Assembly: GCA_963666735.1 (NCBI GenBank)
Contig: OY762926.1
Location: forward strand, 1,248,001 to 1,312,000
Direction of reading: 5' to 3'
Length of the DNA: 64,000 bases
Source of the DNA: Gemmatimonadota bacterium
GTDB lineage: Bacteria; Gemmatimonadota; Gemmatimonadetes; Palauibacterales; Palauibacteraceae
Part shown: positions 7,799-16,716 of the stretch, one piece after another
Position numbering within the stretch: position 1 is the stretch's first letter
Layout: each line of letters begins with the position of its first letter
Made by a program: the position numbers and the translations under genes
The notes under the pieces: generated by a model
What the model was told of the DNA's origin: nothing
Seen by the model: the letters and a program-made list of their open reading frames with translations, nothing else
Database searches by the model: none

Positions 7799-10001
7799 AC
7801 ACGAATGAGACCGGGGCGAATCCGCCCCGGAAAGGCCATCCGCGACGCGCTGGGCATCCGGAGGCGGCAGGAGCTTCAATGAGGCCGGGGCGAATCCGCC
7901 CCGGAAAGTCCGCTTGATCATCGTGTCCTCCGTGTCAGTGAGTGGGAGCTTCAATGAGGCCGGGGCGAATCCGCCCCGGAAAGCCCGATGTAGGAATCCG
8001 TACATCGAGGCTGCGTAGTGCTTCAATGAGGCCGGGGCGAATCCGCCCCGGAAAGCGGGTCCGGTCCACGTCCCACAGCACCCCCAGTACGGCGACGCTT
8101 CAATGAGGCCGGGGCGAATCCGCCCCGGAAAGCGCGCATCTGGCCTACGATGTCCCGCTCCGCTGGCGCTTCAATGAGGCCGGGGCGAATCCGCCCCGGA
8201 AAGACGGAGGGGGACGGCATGGAGCACATCGGAGAATTGACGGCTTCAATGAGGCCGGGGCGAATCCGCCCCGGAAAGGCGCGTCCCCCCTTATCGTCGC
8301 TAGCATGTCCCCACCAGCTTCAATGAGGCCGGGGCGAATCCGCCCCGGAAAGCGGGGATCGGGCACAACGCGCCGGATTCGTCTTCGCCCAGCTTCAATG
8401 AGGCCGGGGCGAATCCGCCCCGGAAAGGCCGTCGGACCGCTTGCCCGTAGAGTCCACCCACGCCACGCTTCAATGAGGCCGGGGCGAATCCGCCCCGGAA
8501 AGTACGTCGCATCTCTCGCCCGTATCTGCTTCGCGTAGTCGACGCTTCAATGAGGCCGGGGCGAATCCGCCCCGGAAAGCCCGCCAAAGCCCCTGAACCG
8601 GATCGAACTCGGCTTCCCCGCTTCAATGAGGCCGGGGCGAATCCGCCCCGGAAAGCCGGCGCGGTCGCCGCTCCGAGCGGCCATCGCTTCCTTGCTTCAA
8701 TGAGGCCGGGGCGAATCCGCCCCGGAAAGGGAGCCGCGGCCCGTCAACTTCGGGGCGTCCCCGGAGGGGCTTCAATGAGGCCGGGGCGAATCCGCCCCGG
8801 AAAGGTGTCGCTCGTCGGCAGCGCCACGTCGTGCGCCCGCGCTCGGCTTCAATGAGGCCGGGGCGAATCCGCCCCGGAAAGCGGCCGAATTCTGCGCTTG
8901 CTAACCCCGACCCCACGGAGCTTCAATGAGGCCGGGGCGAATCCGCCCCGGAAAGGGAGCCGCCGCCGCTCAAAACCGTCCGGATACAGTCCGGGCTTCA
9001 ATGAGGCCGGGGCGAATCCGCCCCGGAAAGAGCCCCATGCCCTCCAGCGGGAGGACTCGCTCATGCTCGCTTCAATGAGGCCGGGGCGAATCCGCCCCGG
9101 AAAGGGTGCGCCGTCTCGACGCTGTAGGGGCTGCCCGGGTACGCTTCAATGAGGCCGGGGCGAATCCGCCCCGGAAAGCTTCCACAAGCTGAGCGCGAAG
9201 CATCTCCAGCGGTACGTGCTTCAATGAGGCCGGGGCGAATCCGCCCCGGAAAGGACGTACGCGCGCCCGGCTGATACTATCAGTGTAGAGGCTTCAATGA
9301 GGCCGGGGCGAATCCGCCCCGGAAAGCCGCGCGCAGTTCGCGAACCTCCTCCGCGACGAGTCCGTTGTGCTTCAATGAGGCCGGGGCGAATCCGCCCCGG
9401 AAAGCGGCCACGAGTTGTGGAACATGGCGGAGCATCCTCCCGAGCTTCAATGAGGCCGGGGCGAATCCGCCCCGGAAAGTGGCGCACCGGGTTTTCGCGC
9501 CGGTCCGGGGAGCTACTCGCTTCAATGAGGCCGGGGCGAATCCGCCCCGGAAAGAGCGGCGCGAGGCTGAGCACGTCGAAAGGGCTGCCATGCTTCAATG
9601 AGGCCGGGGCGAATCCGCCCCGGAAAGCAGACTCGCAAGATCCTCCGTCTCTGGACGGCCCAGGAGGCTTCAATGAGGCCGGGGCGAATCCGCCCCGGAA
9701 AGGTCCCCGACCTGCGGAAGGACACGGTGCGGGATCTACTCGCTTCAATGAGGCCGGGGCGAATCCGCCCCGGAAAGCGAGTACGAGAGTCTAGCAGCAC
9801 CACTCAACGCCTCGAGGCTTCAATGAGGCCGGGGCGAATCCGCCCCGGAAAGTGCGGCGATTGCGACGGTTGCGATACGTGCGTGACACTCGCTTCAATG
9901 AGGCCGGGGCGAATCCGCCCCGGAAAGGACAACAACAGCGACAACAACAGCGACAGGAGCTAACAGCTTCAATGAGGCCGGGGCGAATCCGCCCCGGAAA
10001 G
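7799..10001 (-). CRISPR. CRISPR array: 30 repeats (36 bp, CTTTCCGGGGCGGATTCGCCCCGGCCTCATTGAAGC on minus), 29 spacers of about 35-42 bp
   Basis: 29 identical repeats plus one degenerate repeat at 7799-7834 (trailer end); internal palindrome CCGGGGCG-GATT-CGCCCCGG; the ATTGAAGC 3' end and leader next to cas2 give minus orientation. Confidence 0.98.
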
Positions 10002-10190
10002 ATACCCTGTGCCAAACTCAGGAACAACAACGCGTTGCCGGGGCGGTTGCGACCGCTGAACCTCGAGCCTGCGCCTCGGACGGTAGCCTCTCACACGCAG
10101 CAAATTGTCAAATAGCAAACGCGTTACTGGACATACCGTTAGCGACGCTGCGACCGCTGCCCGGGAACTTTCCGGTACCGGAGCGCTCGC
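10002..10190 (-). promoter_or_regulatory. CRISPR leader
   Basis: Non-coding, lower-GC region between cas2 and the intact end of the array; TTGACA on minus at 10106-10111; palindrome CAACGCGTTG at 10028-10037. Confidence 0.75.
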
Positions 10191-10218
10191 GCGGCGGAAC
10201 GGCAGTCCGTTCCACCGC
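10191..10218 (-). terminator. 12-bp stem-loop directly after the cas2 stop (terminator or stabilising hairpin)
   Basis: Minus strand GCGGTGGAACGG-ACTG-CCGTTCCGCCGC; the single mismatch is a G-U pair only on the minus strand; no U tract. Confidence 0.5.
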
Positions 10219-10219
10219 A

Positions 10220-10513
10220 TCATATCACGATGGCGCGCCGGGTCGGTGCCTCGTACGACTTCCCCAGACTCTCGACCCGGAGGCTGACGCTGTCGGCCAA
10301 CCCCACGTCAACAATGAGGACATGATCTTCCGATGGCTTGATCAGTTCCTCCAAGCGGTCCGCCATCTCCGCGCGGCGGCGCGCCGTGAGCCTGCACTGA
10401 AACACCGACAGCTGCAGCCACCGCCCGTACCCCTTCATCGTCTTGAACACGTACCTCCAACGCTTGGGATCGGCAATGTCGTAGGTTACGAGGTACAGTC
10501 GTTCCGTCGCCAT
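10220..10513 (-). CDS. cas2: CRISPR-associated endoribonuclease Cas2
   Basis: YLVTYDIADPKRW...GYGRWLQLSVFQC; 97 aa; downstream of cas1. Confidence 0.96.
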   Translation of the reverse strand: MATERLYLVTYDIADPKRWRYVFKTMKGYGRWLQLSVFQCRLTARRRAEMADRLEELIKPSEDHVLIVDVGLADSVSLRVESLGKSYEAPTRRAIVI

Positions 10514-10525
10514 GGTGAACCTTGC

Positions 10526-12286
10526 CTACCTCGGGAGGTAGTGCGGGTAGGAGGCGATCTCGCCCTGCAGGTGGCGCGCGAGGAGACGAGCCTGAACCTC
10601 GATGAGGCGCCGCATCGACACTCGATAACCGAACAGCGGATGGGTCGTCTCCGTCTTCATGCGGCGCTCGAACGCGGCCAGGAAGGCTCTTCGCCCCGAT
10701 GGTCTGAGCGAGCAGGCGGTTCCGTTCATGACGAAATCGCCCGGCCTTATCTCTCCGTTGTTCACGACCTGTATGACGGTGGAATCGGCGACGATCGCCC
10801 GGAACGGCTCCATGAGATCGAGGGCCAGCGCCGGCCTCCCGTGCCGCAGGCGGTGATAGAGGCCCATGTACGGATCGAGGCCGGTCGAAGAGATCGTGTG
10901 CGTCATGGCGCGCGCCAAAACCGCGTAGCCCAGCGACAACATCGCGTTGACGGGGTCGCGCGGGGGGCGGCGGTTACGCGTGGAGAAGGAGAACTTGCCG
11001 AGACCGTTTTCGGGTCCCTGCGCCAACATGCGATCGAAGCTGCCGAAGTAGATCGCCGCAGCCTCTCCCTCGAGGCCGAGGAGCTGCTGTACGTTCCGCG
11101 CATGGCGCGCCCGTCGGGCGACACGCGTGAGTCCCGCCAGCGTCTGTTCCTTCCTATCGACGCCGTGCTCCCCCCTCCAGTTCCGGCGTAGCATGGTCCG
11201 CGAGTTGCGAATCTTGGCGTCGACCAGATCGCGTGCGAAATCGAGGCGGCGACCCTCGTCGAAAGCGGCACGGTACTGGGCTTCGCGCACCGCGACGTTG
11301 CCGTTCCCGGTCCCGACCGTGTGGCCGAGGAACCACCCTCCCGTGGAGAACCACGATACGGGTATCTCTTCCCGCATCAGCGTGTGCAGAGTCGGCGTCG
11401 TGACCGAGACCGGTCCGAACAGAAGCACCTGCGAGACATCGATCAACGGCACTTCCACCTTGTCGTCGTCCGTCTCGACGATCAACCGCTGTGCTCGCTT
11501 TCGCAGCCTAGCGCCCGGGGTCTGTACATACAGCGGTAGTGCCGGGTCATCCGAAGGATTGAGCGGACGCGGTGGGTGTCCGGTCTTGAACAAGTTGGTC
11601 TCGTCCGGCAGGCATATCCCCGCGAGAGAACAACGCGGACACTTTGGACTGTCCTCCAGCGGAGGCGGCCGTACGCCGGCCTCGGCCGCGGCGCGGAGGT
11701 CTCGAATCGCCTCCAACGTCCTCGTCCGCAGCAGGTCATCCAGGATGACCGGCACGCGCTCCCGCGAACCCGCGTACCAGATCGCGCCCCGCTCAACGCT
11801 GTATCCGTTGTCCTCCAGGATCATGGCCTGGACGCAGAGTTGGACACGCTCGGGTTCATAAACCCCGGCCGCCACATGCGGTCGCTTTCCCTTCTTGAAG
11901 TCCACCGGCATGACGACGCCGCCGCTGACATCGAGCACATCCATCTTAGCAATGACGCCAAGCCGGTCGGACGAGAGTGTAACGGAGCGCGCGCGCGATA
12001 TTTCGTCCTCGAGTTCGTCCGGGGCCGGCAGCCGTCCCGAAGCCCTGTCGACGCGTCGATGCACGCGTCTGCCTTGCGCCGTATCCGCGCTGTCAGCCCA
12101 CTCTCCCTCGACCCACTCCAGGTAGGCCAGTCGCGGACAGTACACCCATTCATTCACCATCCGGGCGGGAATAAGCGGCGCGGGCGACTGAAGAGCCGGG
12201 AGGGGAGGCCGCACGGTTGCGGGCGGACGGGGGATCCGGGGTGCTGCGCGCCGACTTGTCTGAATCCGCGTCTTCCCGCGTTCCAT
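10526..12286 (-). CDS. cas1: Cas4-Cas1 fusion
   Basis: Cas4 Fe-S cysteines YCPR...KCPRCSL..IC and DFKKG; Cas1 motifs LGLEGEAAAIYF, RNRRPPRDPVNAMLS, ALALDLMEPFR; GGAGG 6 nt before ATG 12286. Confidence 0.95.
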   Translation of the reverse strand: MERGKTRIQTSRRAAPRIPRPPATVRPPLPALQSPAPLIPARMVNEWVYCPRLAYLEWVEGEWADSADTAQGRRVHRRVDRASGRLPAPDELEDEISRARSVTLSSDRLGVIAKMDVLDVSGGVVMPVDFKKGKRPHVAAGVYEPERVQLCVQAMILEDNGYSVERGAIWYAGSRERVPVILDDLLRTRTLEAIRDLRAAAEAGVRPPPLEDSPKCPRCSLAGICLPDETNLFKTGHPPRPLNPSDDPALPLYVQTPGARLRKRAQRLIVETDDDKVEVPLIDVSQVLLFGPVSVTTPTLHTLMREEIPVSWFSTGGWFLGHTVGTGNGNVAVREAQYRAAFDEGRRLDFARDLVDAKIRNSRTMLRRNWRGEHGVDRKEQTLAGLTRVARRARHARNVQQLLGLEGEAAAIYFGSFDRMLAQGPENGLGKFSFSTRNRRPPRDPVNAMLSLGYAVLARAMTHTISSTGLDPYMGLYHRLRHGRPALALDLMEPFRAIVADSTVIQVVNNGEIRPGDFVMNGTACSLRPSGRRAFLAAFERRMKTETTHPLFGYRVSMRRLIEVQARLLARHLQGEIASYPHYLPR

Positions 12287-12358
12287 CCAGCGCCTCCATG
12301 TGGGATCGATTAAAGAAGGCTTGTTGGTACCAGCCCGCAAGGAGCGCCTCAATTCGCT

Positions 12359-12700
12359 CTACGCTTCCTCCGGTGGCACCGAAGGTTCGAGTAGCGCTAT
12401 CAGCTTGGGAATGTCTCGCTGGACCGTTTCCCACAGCAGTTCCACGTCCACCTCAAAGTAGGCGTGCACGAGCCGGTTCCGCATGCCGACGATCTCCCGC
12501 CACGGGATCTCCGGATTCAGGTCCCGTGTACGGGCGCTGACCCGGCTTGCGGCCTCGCCGATGATCTCAATGGCCTTGATGAGCGCGTTCTGGCGAAGCC
12601 TGTCGTGCTCGAAATCGGCGAACGTCGATACCGACGCGAATTCTTCTGCGTCGCGCGCCGCGAGGAGCATGTCCAGCAGATAAGCTTCGTCACCTCGTAT
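12359..12700 (-). CDS. hepT: HEPN (DUF86/HepT-like) RNase toxin; start uncertain (ATA at 12700 or ATG at 12670)
   Basis: IEIIGEAA, PEIPW..IVGMRNRLVHAY (RX4HXY); family-like N-terminus DEAYLLDML lies upstream of the first ATG. Confidence 0.88.
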   Translation of the reverse strand: MRGDEAYLLDMLLAARDAEEFASVSTFADFEHDRLRQNALIKAIEIIGEAASRVSARTRDLNPEIPWREIVGMRNRLVHAYFEVDVELLWETVQRDIPKLIALLEPSVPPEEA

Positions 12701-13007
12701 AGACCGTCCTGGCCGATCGCAGAATCGCCCCCCTCCGCAGGTAGTTTCGACTCCTCTCGACTCCGCGCCGCTCCACGAGATCCACGCGGCGACCGAACAA
12801 CGCGCTCAACTCATCCTCGATGCGAGTCATTTCCATGAGGGTGGGCCGGGCAGAGGGATGGAACGTCACGAGGACATCCACGTCGCTCTCCGGTCCGAAG
12901 TCTTCGCGCACGACTGAACCGAATAGCGCGAGTTCGGCGATCCGCCACCGTTCGCAAAAGGCGGCGATCCGATGGCGGGGGATTTCGATTCGTCCGGGAA
13001 TCCTCAT
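12690..13007 (-). CDS. mntA: Minimal nucleotidyltransferase antitoxin (MntA-like)
   Basis: LFGSVVREDFGPESDVDVLV (GSX10DXD), GRRVDLV; overlaps the HEPN gene. Confidence 0.9.
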   Translation of the reverse strand: MRIPGRIEIPRHRIAAFCERWRIAELALFGSVVREDFGPESDVDVLVTFHPSARPTLMEMTRIEDELSALFGRRVDLVERRGVERSRNYLRRGAILRSARTVYTR

Positions 13008-13060
13008 GGCTCGATGGTAATGAAGTTCCCCGTGTTGCGGTAGCTGCGGGCCCGTCTACG

Positions 13061-13149
13061 CGCCAGCACCTGGCGGAGGGCGCCGATGTCGCGCGGCTCG
13101 TTGTAGCCGTTGGGTGAGACGCGCGTCGAGCTCCGCGAGGTCGCAGCCC
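13061..13149 (-). pseudogene. Decayed copy of the 3' end of the class V aminotransferase gene
   Basis: Encodes GCDLAELDARL then RVSPNGYNEPRDIGALRQVL, matching GCDLAEVNARL...RVSPNVYNDSSDIEALARVL at about 15546-15684. Confidence 0.75.
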
Positions 13150-13154
13150 TGCGA

Positions 13155-14671
13155 TTACAGAAGATCCAGCTGGTCGCCGGCGCGGCTTCGTTCGCGCAGG
13201 AAGACCAGCGCCCTTTCGTTGGCGCCCACCTCTCGAGCGACCGCCAAGAGGTCCAGGCGACTGAGCAGCCCCACGGTGACCGGTCGCTTGGAGTCCCAGA
13301 ACGTGAGAGCGCCCAGCAGCTCCTGAGCAGGTTCGGAACGCAGCAGGTCGTGTACGCAATCCGCCTCGGCTTTCGACCCGCAGGGCACGAAGTAGCACGT
13401 GTCGTCCAGAACGATCGGCTTGCGCTCGAAGGAACCGATGGTGCGGAAGTCAAGCTTCTTGTAGAAGCCGGAAATCGCAACGCGCCACGGCGCGAACGTG
13501 TAGGGCCCCACTCCAAACACCGAGAAGCGGGCTCGATTTCGATAGATCGTGCTACCGCGACGGTCGAGGCGGTCGGCATGCGCGCACAGATACCTCCAGG
13601 TCCTGGGAGCTTCGGACTCGATGCGCTTGGTGTCATCGCGGATCGTCGACTGAGGGACGAGCATCCAACGCGCCGGCGTGGTTACAGCTCCGTTCGCCAC
13701 CTCGGAGCTCTTCAGCATCGGAAACAGGAACCGGGGCTCGAGCTGCACTTCCTCTCGCAAGCCGTTCACGTATGAGTTGGGCCCGCACCGCCGCAGCTCC
13801 ATGACCTTCGAACAATCGTGCTTCACACCGGAGCGCCACCGGTATCGCTGCGGCCCGGCCAAGTGCTTCCACCGCGCATAAAGTTCCAGGTCCGCCACGA
13901 GCTCTCCGTCCCGGAGCCCGAATCGCGAAGAAGGGGCGGCAGCCTCGATGGAATCGTAGACCGCACATTCGACTCTCCAAGCCGAGGCGAACCCGAGACC
14001 ATGAACAGGCAGGCGTCGACCGATGCACCAAAATGCTTGACAGCATCGAAACGGCGCACCTCCGCGCGCCGAAGCCGGTATCCATGGCTCCACGCATGAC
14101 GCAGGGCCCTGCGAACCACGGCCACCTTGCAAAGGATTGCGAGGCTCGCTTCGCACCCCTCGATCCACTCCAGCGCGCGCAGGAGCATCCACTCGGAAAT
14201 GTCGAAGTTCCCCTTGCCCGTAAGGGCGTCGAGCCCGCGGTGGCCGTGGATGTTCGTCTTTTTCGGAAGATTCGAGCTTCCGAGGCGCGTAAGGTCCGCG
14301 CTGGTCACCCAGGGTGGATTCCCGAGCACCAGTAGGGGTCCGGGGAGCCGCCTGAGTATTTCCTCCCAATCCGTCAGGAAGAAATCGGCTTGGCGTACCT
14401 GGGCGCCCCCAGCCTCGTGGGACCCGCGCAGGAGGTCCCTGGCCTTGGCCACATACTCGGGATTGATCTCGAACCCGAGTAGCCGCTGCGCCGACGGAAA
14501 CGCTCGGCCCGCAGCATCCAGAAAGTTCCCTGTGCCGCATGTGGGCTCAAGCACGCTGGCCGGACGAAGGCCACGATCAACCAAGAGGGCGCACACGCGG
14601 TCGGCCAGCTGCCGCGGCGTCTGAAAGTCACCGAACTCGGCCTTGCTTCTGGTCGCGGTCACGGAAGGCAA
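13155..14671 (-). pseudogene. Type II amino-DNA methyltransferase (N6-adenine type, NspV-like) with a frameshift near 13970-14000 (real or sequencing error)
   Basis: N-terminal frame: EFGDFQTP, VLEPTCGTGNFL, GNPPW, GKGNFDISEWM; C-terminal frame: WRSGVKHDCSKVMEL, PMLKSS, FGVGPYTFAPW.VAISGFYK, LDDTCYF. Confidence 0.8.
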
Positions 14672-14674
14672 GGA

Positions 14675-15331
14675 TCACCTCACTCGCACGATGCCGTCGA
14701 CCGCGCCGGCTTCGGAGATCGCACGACGGTATTGCAGCCTCCACTGCAGGGGGTTCGAGATCGTCAGGTAGCCGATGTCGGGGGGATTTGCGAGGACTTC
14801 TTCCGCGAGACGGTGCGCCGCGATCTCCTCCACGGGAAGCAGCCGTTCCGAGAAGAAGGCGAGGAGGTCGTCCACGTTGCCGCTGTTCTCGACGATCCGG
14901 CGGATGCCCGTGGTGGTCTGGAAATCCGCAGTTCGCCCGGCGGTCACGTACACCGTGTGCAGGATGTTGAGCCGGGCGGTGCGGGTCTCTTCATCGTCCG
15001 TCTTGTCGTAGACGAAGACGAGCAGTGAGTAGCCGAGACTATACAGCTTCTGGCGCGCAGACTTGTAGGGGCAGGATGATTGCGGCTGGCGATGGCTCGT
15101 GACCTTGAGATCCACGCCGAGCTCCGGGAAGTCGATCCCTCTGGCCGAACTTCCCGCCTGGTAGACGTAGCCGGCGTGAAGAGACTCCTGGAACTTGTGC
15201 TCCAGGTAGGTCCCTACGGCCTTTCCGTCCGTCACTCCGAACAGCGAGGGCTCCCGGTGCCCTGATTCCGTCTCGGCGAAGGCGCGGGCCTCCCGGCAGA
15301 GCAATTCGACGGTCAATTCCCGTTTGCCCAT
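14675..15331 (-). CDS. Type II restriction endonuclease (PD-(D/E)XK, NspV-like)
   Basis: GVTDGKAVGTYLEH, GIDFPELGVDLKVTS (D...DxK), QPQSSCP, LQWRLQY; adjacent to the methyltransferase; GGAG RBS. Confidence 0.8.
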   Translation of the reverse strand: MGKRELTVELLCREARAFAETESGHREPSLFGVTDGKAVGTYLEHKFQESLHAGYVYQAGSSARGIDFPELGVDLKVTSHRQPQSSCPYKSARQKLYSLGYSLLVFVYDKTDDEETRTARLNILHTVYVTAGRTADFQTTTGIRRIVENSGNVDDLLAFFSERLLPVEEIAAHRLAEEVLANPPDIGYLTISNPLQWRLQYRRAISEAGAVDGIVRVR

Positions 15332-15494
15332 AACCACTCCCTTGCCGGGGCCTTCGCGGGCGAAGCGTCTCGGCTTGTGACGAGACTTTCAGAATCGCGC
15401 CCGGCAACCATACTGCTTATTGGCGGCTGACGTAAGCGGAAGTCGGCGCTCCATAAGATGATCGGTGTGGCGCGGGCAAACGTGTGGGAGCGGA

Positions 15495-16703
15495 TCAACC
15501 GTGCGCTCCCGGACGACCCTCGCGGCGGGCGCGTGAGGCGAACGTGCGCAGCACCCGCGCCAGCGCCTCGATGTCGGAGGAGTCGTTGTAGACGTTCGGC
15601 GAGACGCGCAGCGCGTCGCCGCGCAGGGAGGCGTAGACGCGGGCCTCCGCGAGGCGGGCGTTCACCTCGGCAAGGTCGCAGCCCGCGGGCAGGCGGACGC
15701 CGAGGATGTTTCCGGTGCGCCACTCGTCGTCCTCGATCGCCCAGCCGCGGACGCGCAATTCATCCGCGAGGCCGGACAACAGGGCGCGGCAATAGTCGAG
15801 GATGCGGGCGGGGCCCCAGTCGAGAATCAGGTCGAGCGCCTCGATGAGCATCGGGACGAGGATGAAGTTGGACGTCTGGCCGACATCGTAGCGGGCCGCC
15901 CCCTCCCGATAGTCGTCGGTATAGTCGACGAGACCCTGAAAGTCCTCGGCACCGCGACGCGAGATCCACGTCTCCTCGAGCGGCGTGCCGTCGTCGAAGC
16001 GCGGACCGTAGTACCCGAACGCGGTCGAATAGGGCCCCAGGAGCCACTTGTACCCGACGGTGATCAACGCGTCGGGCCGGATGCGCTCGACATCGAACGG
16101 CACCGCGCCGATGGACTGTGAGCCGTCGATGACGAGCGCGGCGCCGACCTCGCGCGCCCGCTGTCCCGCCGCCTCGAGGTCGATCCGGGTGCCGTCCGTC
16201 CAGTGGCAGTGCGGGAGGGAGACGACGGCGGTCTCCGGGCCGATCGCTTCGAGCAGCCGCTCGTTCCAGAGTGCGGCGGACGGTGGCGGGCCGGGGCGGT
16301 CGACGGTTCGGATGCCACATCCGTGGGCCGCCGCCCGGCGCCGCCAGGCGTAGACATTGCTCGGGAACTGTTCGCCGAGGACGACGATGTTCTGCCCCGG
16401 CTCGAGCGGGAGATTCCGGGCCGCGACCTCGACGCCGTAGGACGCGGAAGGGGCGAGCGCGATCCGCCCCGGCGGGGCGTTGACGAGGCGTCCGAAGCGC
16501 TCTCGGGCACGGTCGCAGTCCGTGAAGAACTCCTGGCTCGGGAAGGGTGTCGGCGAGCACTTGCGGCGGATTCCCTCCATCCCCGCCTCCGCGACCGCGC
16601 GCGGCAGGGGCCCGAGGTAGGCGCAGTTCAGGAAGTGCGCGCCTTCGTCGAGCGCGAACCGGCTCTTTTGACAGGCGAGCGCGGGTGCGGCGGCGGTTCT
16701 CAC
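15495..16703 (-). CDS. PLP-dependent aminotransferase class V (selenocysteine lyase / isopenicillin N epimerase-like)
   Basis: FLNCAYLGP, EQFPSNVY.W, IDGSQSIGA, GYKWLLGP, LRVSPNVYN; GTG start chosen at 16703. Confidence 0.85.
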   Translation of the reverse strand: MRTAAAPALACQKSRFALDEGAHFLNCAYLGPLPRAVAEAGMEGIRRKCSPTPFPSQEFFTDCDRARERFGRLVNAPPGRIALAPSASYGVEVAARNLPLEPGQNIVVLGEQFPSNVYAWRRRAAAHGCGIRTVDRPGPPPSAALWNERLLEAIGPETAVVSLPHCHWTDGTRIDLEAAGQRAREVGAALVIDGSQSIGAVPFDVERIRPDALITVGYKWLLGPYSTAFGYYGPRFDDGTPLEETWISRRGAEDFQGLVDYTDDYREGAARYDVGQTSNFILVPMLIEALDLILDWGPARILDYCRALLSGLADELRVRGWAIEDDEWRTGNILGVRLPAGCDLAEVNARLAEARVYASLRGDALRVSPNVYNDSSDIEALARVLRTFASRARREGRPGAHG

Positions 16704-16716
16704 CCGGCGACGCGTC

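Noticed and set aside
7835..9965. Self-targeting spacers within this window
   Set aside because: No convincing match seen by eye; a proper alignment was not run, so this is not excluded
7748..10115. Many ORFs with repeating MRPGRIRPGK / FRGGFAPASLK peptides
   Set aside because: They are translations of the CRISPR repeats
13004..13636. 210-aa ORF bridging the methyltransferase and MNT
   Set aside because: Alternative frame of the methyltransferase; only its last part is meaningful, as the aminotransferase remnant
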